A DNA stretch of 64,000 nucleotides, taken from contig JBBRBM010000004.1 in assembly GCA_038205745.1 (NCBI GenBank), positions 1,529-65,528 on the forward strand. Reading direction: 5' to 3'. Numbering within the stretch: the first letter of the stretch is position 1; each line of letters begins with the position of its first letter. The translations under genes were made by a program, and so were the position numbers. The notes beneath the pieces are model-generated. The model did not search any database and was not told where the DNA came from. It saw only the letters and a program-made list of their open reading frames with translations. Below, piece by piece: positions 1 through 7,906 of the stretch. The DNA comes from Verrucomicrobiota bacterium (lineage in GTDB: Bacteria; Verrucomicrobiota; Verrucomicrobiia; Limisphaerales; SIBH01).

Positions 1-1
1 A

Positions 2-814
2 TCTTCGCAAGCCACGCAGGCAGGACAGGAAGCGAAGTTCGCCGCCGACACGAAAATTGCCGAGGCACAGCGCGACTACCAATCGAACGTGGCGCAGTAT
101 CAGGCGGCGGTGAACCAGAAGAAAGCTGAGGCCGACCTCGCGTATGATTTGCAGAAGTTCAAGACGGGCCAACTCGTGAAGGCCGAAGAAGTGCAGGTGC
201 AAATCATCGAGAAGCAAAAGCAGATCGAATTGCAGCAGCAGGAAATTCAGCGCAAGCAACGCGAGCTTGAAGCCAACGTGCAAAAGCCCGCCGATGCCGA
301 ACGCTACAAAGTCGAAACGCTGGCGAACGCCCGCAAGTTCCAACTTGAAGCCGAAGCGTCCGGTGCCGCTGCAGCGACCAAGGCCACCGGTTTCGCCAAC
401 GCCGACGTGAACAAAGCCACCGGCATAGCCGACGCCGAAGCGAACAAGGCCAAAGGTCTCGCTCAGGCAGACATCATCATGGCGCAAGGCAAAGCCACCG
501 CCGAAGCCACGCGCCTCAAGGCTGAAGCCTTCCAGCAATACAACCAGGCGGCCGTCATCGAACTGCTCGTCAAAGTGCTTCCTGAAATTGCCGGCCGCAT
601 CAGCGAACCACTCTCGAAGATGGAGAAAATGGTCATCATCAACAGCGGTTCCGGCCCCGGCGGCGGCGCGAGCAAACTCACCGGTGACGTCACGCAGATC
701 ATGGCGCAGTTGCCGCCGATCCTGGAAAGCCTCACTGGCGTGAAGTTCGAGAAGTTGCTGGAGCAAGTGCCCGCGCTGAAGAATGCGATGGGGAAAGAGG
801 AAAGCAAAGGATAG
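2..814 (+). CDS. flotillin-like SPFH/band-7 protein, C-terminal part (5' end outside window)
   Basis: The frame is open from base 2. A long Ala/Glu/Lys/Gln-rich coiled-coil stretch (EKQKQIELQQQEIQRKQRELEANV...) is followed by LPEIAGRISEPLSKMEKMVII, the usual C-terminal layout of bacterial flotillins. Family call is from memory only. Confidence 0.65.
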   Translation, partial: SSQATQAGQEAKFAADTKIAEAQRDYQSNVAQYQAAVNQKKAEADLAYDLQKFKTGQLVKAEEVQVQIIEKQKQIELQQQEIQRKQRELEANVQKPADAERYKVETLANARKFQLEAEASGAAAATKATGFANADVNKATGIADAEANKAKGLAQADIIMAQGKATAEATRLKAEAFQQYNQAAVIELLVKVLPEIAGRISEPLSKMEKMVIINSGSGPGGGASKLTGDVTQIMAQLPPILESLTGVKFEKLLEQVPALKNAMGKEESKG

Positions 815-869
815 AGGAGCATGCACCAATGTTGCGGCCGCGAAAAAATAAGCGCCAAAAGTAATCTTT

Positions 870-1421
870 ATGAAAAAAACTTCTGTCTACACCGACAAGT
901 TGATCACGCTTCTGAAAATCACCGAAGATGAAATTCTCACTTCATTAATTGCGTCCTTCACACCATCGAATCCGGGTTCCATTAGGCAAGTATGGAACCT
1001 CAGGAAAAATTACACAGATCCGGCAAACACGAGCGACATTTGGCAGCTTTGGGAGCGTGCAGATTTTCGCTGTGAAGAATGTAGCTCTCATTACGATCTG
1101 ACGATGCACCATCGAAATGACAACTCCAACGATTCATGCATGGAGAATCTTCAAGTGTTGTGTCGGAACTGCAACCGGGCGAAAAGTGGGCGCCCCGTTA
1201 AGGAACGGAACCTCAGGCTCAAAGTTTTTAAGGCGTTTGTTGATTTGCATATCGAATTGGGACGAATCCCCGAGCAACGCGAAATCAACAAGAAATTGGG
1301 AAAAAGGACGTTGAGTGGAGCGACTTACCTTTACCTTTTTCTGGTCAGACGGTTTGGTGGCAAGAGTCAAATTCATTCCTACATATCATCAGGCATCCAT
1401 AAACCCCGTGCGCCTCTTTGA
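870..1421 (+). CDS. HNH endonuclease domain protein on an AT-richer islet
   Basis: HNH/zinc-ribbon motif CEECSSHYDLTMHHRNDNSNDSCMENLQVLCRNCNRAKSG. Base composition is visibly lower in GC than the flanking genes. Confidence 0.75.
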   Translation: MKKTSVYTDKLITLLKITEDEILTSLIASFTPSNPGSIRQVWNLRKNYTDPANTSDIWQLWERADFRCEECSSHYDLTMHHRNDNSNDSCMENLQVLCRNCNRAKSGRPVKERNLRLKVFKAFVDLHIELGRIPEQREINKKLGKRTLSGATYLYLFLVRRFGGKSQIHSYISSGIHKPRAPL

Positions 1422-1549
1422 AGTGGTCGAGCGCTTAGAAAAATAGCGTGGGTTCGGTGAGTTTCGACCAGTCGCTATCGCTCCGCCACAATACCGCAAC
1501 CTCTGCGAATCAACTTTCGTGAACTGAATCCCGACGCTATTCTCCCCGC

Positions 1550-1666
1550 ATGAAGGCTTACGACGAAGTCATCGAGTTCATAGCCCGCAATCCGAAAGAG
1601 GTGCTGGCCTTCAAGCCGTCCGAGGCTGCCAAGCAGCGGGTCGTGAAGAAACAATTCCACTGCTGA
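1550..1666 (+). pseudogene. decayed tandem copy of the small protein encoded at 1699..1932
   Basis: The 38-codon ORF MKAYDEVIEFIARNPKEVLAFKPSEAAKQRVVKKQFHC parallels MKAYEEIAEFIAGTRPEAVAAFKASPEVKDRV of the next gene. The similarity appears to continue in another frame (..NNSTADERRAIIYAEVDE), which suggests a frameshifted and truncated duplicate. Confidence 0.4.
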
Positions 1667-1698
1667 CGAACGCCGGGCCATCATTTATGCTGAGGTCG

Positions 1699-1932
1699 AT
1701 GAAAGCTTACGAAGAGATCGCCGAGTTCATCGCGGGCACGCGCCCCGAAGCCGTGGCGGCGTTCAAGGCCTCGCCGGAGGTCAAGGATCGGGTCGCGGAG
1801 TTGCTGAGCCGCGAAAAGGCCGGCTCGATCACCAGCGAGGAAAAATCCGAACTCGATCACGTCGCCACCTTGGAACATGTGATGAGCCTGGCCAAGGCGC
1901 GGGCGCATCAACTCCTCGCGCATGGCCGGTGA
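1699..1932 (+). CDS. small conserved protein, partner of the downstream HNH endonuclease
   Basis: Start taken at MKAYEEIAEF (the ORF-track start is 1687). It overlaps the next gene by 11 nt. The pattern ..AFKASPEVKDRVAELL..GSITSEEKSELDH..LEHVMSLAKARA resembles small proteins I recall upstream of HNH genes in cyanobacteria and other phyla (from memory, unverified). Confidence 0.55.
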   Translation: MKAYEEIAEFIAGTRPEAVAAFKASPEVKDRVAELLSREKAGSITSEEKSELDHVATLEHVMSLAKARAHQLLAHGR

Positions 1933-2362
1933 AATCGATGCCGCCCTGCGCCGCCGGGTCAGCGAGCGCGCGGATCATCTTTGCGAATACTGTCTGGTTC
2001 ACGAGGACGACACCTATCTGGCTTGCGAAGTGGATCACATCCTCAGTCTCAAACACGGCGGGTTGACTGCGCCGGAGAATCTGGCCTTCGCCTGTTTTGA
2101 CTGCAACCGGCACAAGGGGGGCGATGTTGGTTCCGTGGCCGGGGCGAGCCGCGAGTTCGTGCGGTTCTTCAACCCTCGACTGGACAAGTGGACCGGGCAT
2201 TTCTTCCTCGACCGTTTCAAGATTGTTCCGTTGACCGAGATCGGGGAAGCCACGGCGCGAATTCTCCAGTTCAATAACCGGGAACGTCTGTTGCGTAGAG
2301 GCGCGGTGATCGAGGCGGGACGATACCCAGGCATTGCGGCGCTGGCCCGGCTGCGAGATTGA
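1922..2362 (+). CDS. HNH endonuclease
   Basis: Motif CEYCLVHEDD..EVDHILSLKHGGLTAPENLAFACFDCNRHKG. Translationally coupled to the preceding small ORF. Confidence 0.8.
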   Translation: MAGEIDAALRRRVSERADHLCEYCLVHEDDTYLACEVDHILSLKHGGLTAPENLAFACFDCNRHKGGDVGSVAGASREFVRFFNPRLDKWTGHFFLDRFKIVPLTEIGEATARILQFNNRERLLRRGAVIEAGRYPGIAALARLRD

Positions 2363-2368
2363 TCATTC

Positions 2369-3118
2369 ATGAAACTCTTCGAAGCCATCGTTGACGCCAA
2401 CCAACGCGCCGCTCGCGGTGAGAAGGCGGGCGTGCATGTCGGCGAGTTCGCGGACTCGTTGCCCATCGTGGTGTTGACGTGCATTGATCCGCGTCTCAAT
2501 CCGCTCATGCCTGCGGTGCTCGGAATTCCCGAGGAACATTTCATCTGGCTGCGCAACGCCGGCAACATCATCACGGGCCCGATGAGCAGCACGATGCGCT
2601 CGATTGCTCTCGCTTGTGCGGTGAAAGGTGGACGCGAGATCGCGATTATCGGCCACACGGATTGCCGTGTGAAACAGACTTCTGCGTCCGCCTTAATCGA
2701 TCGGTTCAGCGCCCTCGGGATCAATCGCTCGAAGTTGCCGGACAACATCAACGAGTTCTTCGGCTTGTTCGCCAGTGAGCGTACCAACGTCATCAAGGCC
2801 GTCGAATTCGTGCGCCAAAGTCCGCTGATCAGTCCGCGCATGCCGGTGCATGGATTGCTCGTCGATATTCAGAGCGGGCAACTCGAGTGGCTGGTGAATG
2901 GCTACACGTCATTGGCAGCCCCCGCGTCATTGGCGGCTGAGGAGAAGTGGACGTTGCCTGCTTTCGATCTCGGCACCATGGGATTTCCTGAAGCGAAGAT
3001 CGGAGAGATCACAACACATCCGACGGCGCCTCAGCCGGAGCCGCCACCCGTTCCGAAACTGAGAGTGCAGCCACCGCCAGTTCCACCGCGGATTCTGCGC
3101 GGACATCGGGACCGCTAG
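2369..3118 (+). CDS. beta-class carbonic anhydrase family protein with a Pro-rich C-terminal tail
   Basis: Zinc-ligand motifs CIDPR and HTDC at the expected spacing. C-terminal tail PQPEPPPVPKLRVQPPPVPP. Confidence 0.7.
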   Translation: MKLFEAIVDANQRAARGEKAGVHVGEFADSLPIVVLTCIDPRLNPLMPAVLGIPEEHFIWLRNAGNIITGPMSSTMRSIALACAVKGGREIAIIGHTDCRVKQTSASALIDRFSALGINRSKLPDNINEFFGLFASERTNVIKAVEFVRQSPLISPRMPVHGLLVDIQSGQLEWLVNGYTSLAAPASLAAEEKWTLPAFDLGTMGFPEAKIGEITTHPTAPQPEPPPVPKLRVQPPPVPPRILRGHRDR

Positions 3119-3154
3119 AAGCGTGGCTGTCCCCGCATCCCGCAGGGCGCGCTC

Positions 3155-3592
3155 TTACCTGTTCTGCAATTCCTCTTCGATCGCGCGGAGTGACAAGCGC
3201 ATGTCGAGGAGGAAAAATGACAAAGAGGCGATGAGGAACACGATGCTGGCAGCGAAGAACACCAGCACGAGGAGTTGCGCGGGAAATTGAAATAGCGCCA
3301 TGCCGAAAAGCAGCACCACCATCAGGCTCGCCATGAACATGCAACCGACGGCGCTGCTGATGGCGCTGCGAATGATGCGCGCGCGCCGATGAAAAATTTC
3401 GACCTGTTTGTCGATGTGCGCATTGCCGCGCCCGCCCCGGCGTTCCCCCGCGAGTTCGCGCACACGATCAGTGACGCGACCGAATCGATTCGTGAGCGAG
3501 AGCAGCAGCAATCCCACGCCTGAGATCATCGCCACCGGCGAGATGCTCGCCTGCAACACCTTGATCAACGATTCCAATGTCATCGGTTCCAT
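3155..3592 (-). CDS. DUF2721-like membrane protein
   Basis: 145 aa with an N-terminal TM helix (ISPVAMISGVGLLLLSLTNRF) and two C-terminal TM helices. The layout matches DUF2721 as I remember it. Confidence 0.55.
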   Translation of the reverse strand: MEPMTLESLIKVLQASISPVAMISGVGLLLLSLTNRFGRVTDRVRELAGERRGGRGNAHIDKQVEIFHRRARIIRSAISSAVGCMFMASLMVVLLFGMALFQFPAQLLVLVFFAASIVFLIASLSFFLLDMRLSLRAIEEELQNR

Positions 3593-3709
3593 GCGGCGGG
3601 CTTATTACAGATGGTGAAGCTGGAAATCACGGAAGAACAAACTCTGGATTCACTGACGCACTTTCCCGGCAGTGACACAGGCCGGATCCGCACGCTACTT
3701 TGGCGCGGG

Positions 3710-6652
3710 ATGAAAAGCTTCTTCGCTCTAGTGCTTTCCGTGGCGGGCGTGATCGCGGCGGAACAAAATCAGGAAAGCAGTTTCCTTTCGAACGCGCGCC
3801 AACTCACGTTCGAGGGGCGACGCAGCGGCGAGGGATATTTTTCACCCGACGGCAAGGCACTGATTTTCCAAAGCGAACGCGATCCCGAAAATCCTTTCTA
3901 CCAAATCTTCCTGCTCGACCTCGAAACCGGCGACACCCATCGCGTCTCGCCAGGCTTCGGCAAAACGACGTGCGCATTCTTCCGGCCCGGGAGCGATGAA
4001 GTTCTCTTCGCCTCAACGCATTTCGATCCAGGCGCCCGCGCCAAACAAAAAACTGAACTCGACTTTCGCGCCGCCGGAAAGGAGCGCCGCTATTCCTGGG
4101 ACTACGACGAACAGATGGACATCTTCGCCGCGCATCGGGACGGCTCGAACGTGCGGCAACTCACGGCGTCGCCGGGCTACGATGCCGAAGGCGCGTTCTC
4201 GCCAGACGGGAAGAAGATCGTCTTCTGTTCACTGCGCGACGCTTTCCCGACGAACAAACTTTCCGCCGCCGACTTGAAGCGGTTGGAAACTGATCCGTCT
4301 TACTTCGGCGAAATTTACATCATGGACGCAGACGGCTCGGACCAGCGCCGCCTTACGCAAGAGCCCGGCTACGATGGTGGGCCATTCTTCACGCCCGACG
4401 GCGAACGCATCGTGTGGCGGCACTTTGATACGAATGGCGTCATCGCCGATGTGTTCACGATGCGGCTTGATGGTTCGGACAGGCGGCGCATCACCGATTT
4501 TAAGTGCATGTCGTGGGCGCCGTATTTTCATCCGTCCGGGCGCTACCTGATTTTCACGGCAAACAAACTCGGCTTTGCCAACTTTGAGTTGTTCATCGTC
4601 GATCCCGCCGGTGCGCACGAACCCGTGCGCGTGACGTTCACGGACGGCTTCGATGGCTTGCCCGTCTTTTCGCCTGACGGAAAGAAGCTCGCGTGGACTT
4701 CAGCGCGAAGTTCCCACGCCAAATCGCAAATCTTTTTCGCCGATTGGAATCATGACGCTGCGCTTGCCGCACTTGAGACCGCGCCGACGCGAACTGCAAC
4801 AGTCCGCACCATCGCCAACAGTTCGGCGGCGGCTTCATTCTCACCACAGCACTTGAGCAATGACGTCGCGTACCTCGCTTCCGAAAAACTCGAAGGCCGT
4901 TTCACCGGCAGCAAAGGCGCGGAGCTTGCCGCGGAGTTTTTGGCGCAACGACTTCGCGCCGCTGGTCTTCAGCCGCTCGGCGACAGCAACACGTTCTTTC
5001 AACGGTTCGAATTCAACTCCGGCGTCCGTGTGATCACGAATCAGAACCATCTTTTCGTCCATGCCGATCAGCGCGCGTTCCCATTCTCCGTTGAAAAAGA
5101 TTTCCGTCCGCTGGCGTTCTCGGACAACGGCTTTGCGGAAGGAAATGTCGTGTTCGCTGGTTACGGCTTGTCCGTGCCCGGCAAGCTCGGCGAAGGCTAC
5201 GACTCTTACGCCGGGCTGAATGTTTCGAACAAAGTGGTGCTCGCGCTACGCTACGTGCCGGAAGAGATCGAGCCGAAGCGGCGCCAGGAACTGAATCGCT
5301 ACGCGGGCTTGCGCTACAAGGCCATGATCGCGCGCGAGCACGGTGCGAAGGCGATCCTCTTCGTCACCGGCCCGAACTCACCCAACGCCGGCGCGCTCAC
5401 CTCTATCGAATACGACGGCAGCATGGCCGGCTCTGGCATCATCGCGGCGTCGGTGACGAGCAACGTCGTGGCGCAGTTGTTTGCCGGAACGGGTCGCGAG
5501 TTGAAGGCGATTCAGTCCGCGCTCGATACTGAGAACCCGCACGCGGAAGGCGGCTTTGCGCTGACGAATGTCCGCGTGAGCATCACGACGTTGCTGGAGC
5601 GATTGAAGAAAGCGGATCGCAATGTGCTGGCTTATCTGCCGCCTCAACGTGCCCCCGGCATCTTGCCGGGATCATCGCACCCACCCGGCGAGACGCCGGG
5701 GGCACGTTCGGGCGCGGAAGTCGTTCTTGTCGGCGCGCACTACGATCACCTTGGCTTTGGCGAAAGCGGCGCGATGCTGCGCGCGGGCGAGGAGAAGAAG
5801 ATTCACCCCGGCGCGGACGACAACGCCTCGGGCACCGCCACTGTGCTCGCGCTCGCTGAACAACTTGCCGCCGAGCGTGCGAAGAACTCAGGCGCTTTCA
5901 CGCGCGGCATTCTCTTCGCGTTCTGGTCTGGCGAAGAAGTCGGCGTGATCGGCTCGTCGCAATTCGCCGAACATCCGCCAGTGCCAATTTCGAACATCAT
6001 TGCGTGCGTGAACTTCGACATGGTCGGGCGATTGCGCGACAACAAGCTGATCCTGCAAGGCATCGGATCATCGCCGGCATGGAGACGGCTGATCGAGAAG
6101 CGCAATGTCGCGGCGGGCTTCGATATGGTGCTGCAAGAGGATCCGTATCTGCCGACTGACGTGACGCCGTTTTATCCGCGCGGCATTGCCGTCGTGAATT
6201 TCTTCACCGGCAGCCACGACGATTATCATCGGCCCACTGACACTTCGGAAAAGGTGGACTACATCGGCATGGAACGCATCGCGAAGTTCGCACGCGGATT
6301 GCTGCTTGATCTGGTCTCCACGAATGCCCGGCCTGAGTACGCGAAAGTGACCTCTGCGAAAGGCGATGCGGGCGGACGTGAAAACCTGCGCGCGTTCCTT
6401 GGCACGATTCCCGATTACGCCGCCGAAGTGCAGGGCGTGAAACTTTCAGGCGTCCGTGCCGGCAGCCCGGCCGAAAAAGCGGGATTAAAACTGGGTGACG
6501 TGATCATCGAATTCGCCGGCCAGAAGATCGCGAACATCTACGACTACACCTACGCGCTCGACGCCGCGAAGATCGGCAAGCCGGTGCAGGTCGTGGTCAC
6601 GCGTGAGGGACAGCGCGTCGCGGTGAGTGTGACGCCTGAAGCGCGGAAATAA
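3710..6652 (+). CDS. secreted multidomain peptidase: TolB-like beta-propeller + M28 aminopeptidase + C-terminal PDZ
   Basis: Start moved to MKSFFALVLSVAGVIAAEQ (signal peptide). Repeated SPDGK/TPDGE propeller blades. M28 motifs GAHYDHLG, DDNASGTA, FWSGEEVGVIGS, NFDMVG, HDDYHRPTD. PDZ-like segment GSPAEKAGLKLGDVIIEF. Confidence 0.85.
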   Translation: MKSFFALVLSVAGVIAAEQNQESSFLSNARQLTFEGRRSGEGYFSPDGKALIFQSERDPENPFYQIFLLDLETGDTHRVSPGFGKTTCAFFRPGSDEVLFASTHFDPGARAKQKTELDFRAAGKERRYSWDYDEQMDIFAAHRDGSNVRQLTASPGYDAEGAFSPDGKKIVFCSLRDAFPTNKLSAADLKRLETDPSYFGEIYIMDADGSDQRRLTQEPGYDGGPFFTPDGERIVWRHFDTNGVIADVFTMRLDGSDRRRITDFKCMSWAPYFHPSGRYLIFTANKLGFANFELFIVDPAGAHEPVRVTFTDGFDGLPVFSPDGKKLAWTSARSSHAKSQIFFADWNHDAALAALETAPTRTATVRTIANSSAAASFSPQHLSNDVAYLASEKLEGRFTGSKGAELAAEFLAQRLRAAGLQPLGDSNTFFQRFEFNSGVRVITNQNHLFVHADQRAFPFSVEKDFRPLAFSDNGFAEGNVVFAGYGLSVPGKLGEGYDSYAGLNVSNKVVLALRYVPEEIEPKRRQELNRYAGLRYKAMIAREHGAKAILFVTGPNSPNAGALTSIEYDGSMAGSGIIAASVTSNVVAQLFAGTGRELKAIQSALDTENPHAEGGFALTNVRVSITTLLERLKKADRNVLAYLPPQRAPGILPGSSHPPGETPGARSGAEVVLVGAHYDHLGFGESGAMLRAGEEKKIHPGADDNASGTATVLALAEQLAAERAKNSGAFTRGILFAFWSGEEVGVIGSSQFAEHPPVPISNIIACVNFDMVGRLRDNKLILQGIGSSPAWRRLIEKRNVAAGFDMVLQEDPYLPTDVTPFYPRGIAVVNFFTGSHDDYHRPTDTSEKVDYIGMERIAKFARGLLLDLVSTNARPEYAKVTSAKGDAGGRENLRAFLGTIPDYAAEVQGVKLSGVRAGSPAEKAGLKLGDVIIEFAGQKIANIYDYTYALDAAKIGKPVQVVVTREGQRVAVSVTPEARK
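5649..5705. repeat. palindromic repeat family R-B copy 1 (arms GTGCCCCCGGCATCTTGCCGGG / CCCGGCGAGACGCCGGGGGCAC), inside the M28 peptidase CDS
   Basis: 57 nt, exactly 19 codons, encoding APGILPGSSHPPGETPGAR between ..NVLAYLPPQR and SGAEVVLVGAHYDHLG. The same arms recur at 28658, 55203 and 56328. Confidence 0.8.
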
Positions 6653-6659
6653 AAAATAC

Positions 6660-6690
6660 GCGCGGGCGTTCTCGCCCGCGCAGTGTTTTT
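6660..6690. terminator. intrinsic terminator between convergent genes
   Basis: Stem GCGCGGGCG, loop TTCT, stem CGCCCGCGC, followed by AGTGTTTTT and preceded by AAAAAATA. It lies between the stops at 6652 (+) and 6705 (-). Confidence 0.6.
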
Positions 6691-6704
6691 GAGAATATGT
6701 CGAA

Positions 6705-7646
6705 TCAGGGCGAGGTGATCCCGTTGAATGATCCGGTCACGGTGATGACTGCCGAGGCATCGTCCTCATCTTCCGCTGTGAAGGTGAAAGTCCCGAACAT
6801 TGATTTGGTCGCTGGATTGTAAGTGACCTGTGCGGTGCCATCGGGTCGGCTTGCCTTAACAAACGAGCGGCCACCGGGCCCTAATTGTGCAATCACGAAA
6901 TCGTAGAACGTGACCGGCACAGTGCTGGTTCCCGGGGGAACGCCGCCCAAGGTAAACGCGACCTGAATGAAGCCGTGGGTGGACGGGTTCGCCGCGCCAT
7001 TCACGATGAAAACGTTGTTTGGATATGCGAGAATAACGGCACCGAATGTCTTGAAAGATTTGCTAACAGCCCCCGCAGTCTTTCCGGAAATTTGCGCGGG
7101 TGGCGCTTGAACAGCGAGCGATTTGTTCACCAGTTTGTCCGCCACCGCCAGCTTCTTGGTCGCCGTGGAAATCGCTTTGGCGATGGCGGGATAATTATCA
7201 GTCTGGAAGTTGAGCAGTGTGTAAACGAGCGCAATGTTCCGCGCGGCGGCGGTGCGAGTGCCGGAAGGGAATGCGTTGTTCAAGCGGTTTGAACTGGCAT
7301 ACGCATTGTCCTCGGCGAGGAAAAAGAAATATTCCATCACGTTGTTCATGGCTCCGCTCAAATCATTCGAGACGGACGAGCGCGCAAGGGCGCCGATGAG
7401 AGTGCTCAGTGTTTTGGTGTCGGCAGAAATGTTCGTGACCACCGTTTTGTCGATGGTGGCGATGGCTTTTTTTAGCGCGGCGACGGCTTTCTTGTCAGGC
7501 GCAAGAATTCCATTCGTCGCGTTATAGAGCGCGTCTGAGACGGCTGCGCGGAAGGCTTCCATCTCTGTGGCTGGGTTGGTGATGGCGCGCAGGTTTGGAG
7601 TTGCGAACGTCAGTACGAGCAGTGCAAGACAGTAGATTTTTTTCAT
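6705..7646 (-). CDS. secreted hypothetical protein
   Basis: Start moved to MKKIYCLALLVLTFATPNLRA (signal peptide). The upstream part of ORF 6705..7880 runs through repeat R-A. No recognisable domain. Confidence 0.5.
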   Translation of the reverse strand: MKKIYCLALLVLTFATPNLRAITNPATEMEAFRAAVSDALYNATNGILAPDKKAVAALKKAIATIDKTVVTNISADTKTLSTLIGALARSSVSNDLSGAMNNVMEYFFFLAEDNAYASSNRLNNAFPSGTRTAAARNIALVYTLLNFQTDNYPAIAKAISTATKKLAVADKLVNKSLAVQAPPAQISGKTAGAVSKSFKTFGAVILAYPNNVFIVNGAANPSTHGFIQVAFTLGGVPPGTSTVPVTFYDFVIAQLGPGGRSFVKASRPDGTAQVTYNPATKSMFGTFTFTAEDEDDASAVITVTGSFNGITSP

Positions 7647-7796
7647 TACGGGGTTCTTATCGTCGTTTGTTCGCGCGGTGTTTAGCGGTTCGCAGACAAA
7701 ACACAACGGCAAACTCGCCAGATGTACAGTGCTGGGAGCGATCGTTCGATCGCATGCATCGGCGGAAGGGAGCGCGTGTCGCAGCTTCCACCCCAA

Positions 7797-7878
7797 GAAC
7801 CGTAGCAGCCGACGTAAGGAGGCTCTGACTTCTTTTCCCGAAAACAGAATGGCCTCCTTACGTCGGCTGCTACGGTTC
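7797..7878. repeat. palindromic repeat family R-A copy 1: perfect 27-bp inverted repeat
   Basis: GAACCGTAGCAGCCGACGTAAGGAGGC (7797-7823) and its exact reverse complement (7852-7878) flank a 28-nt loop. A diverged copy lies at 28130. Confidence 0.85.
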
Positions 7879-7906
7879 AAGCGCCCGGCACTTTCAATCG
7901 CATCCG

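Noticed and set aside
6705-7880. Long N-terminal extensions in the ORF track (for example 6705..7880, 13492..14586, 19461..20690, 41931..43073, 43099..43938, 45540..46289, 46192..47109, 62357..63220).
   Set aside because: The extensions run through repeats or neighbouring genes and lack homology-like sequence. Downstream start codons give canonical N-termini or signal peptides, so the shorter coordinates were reported.
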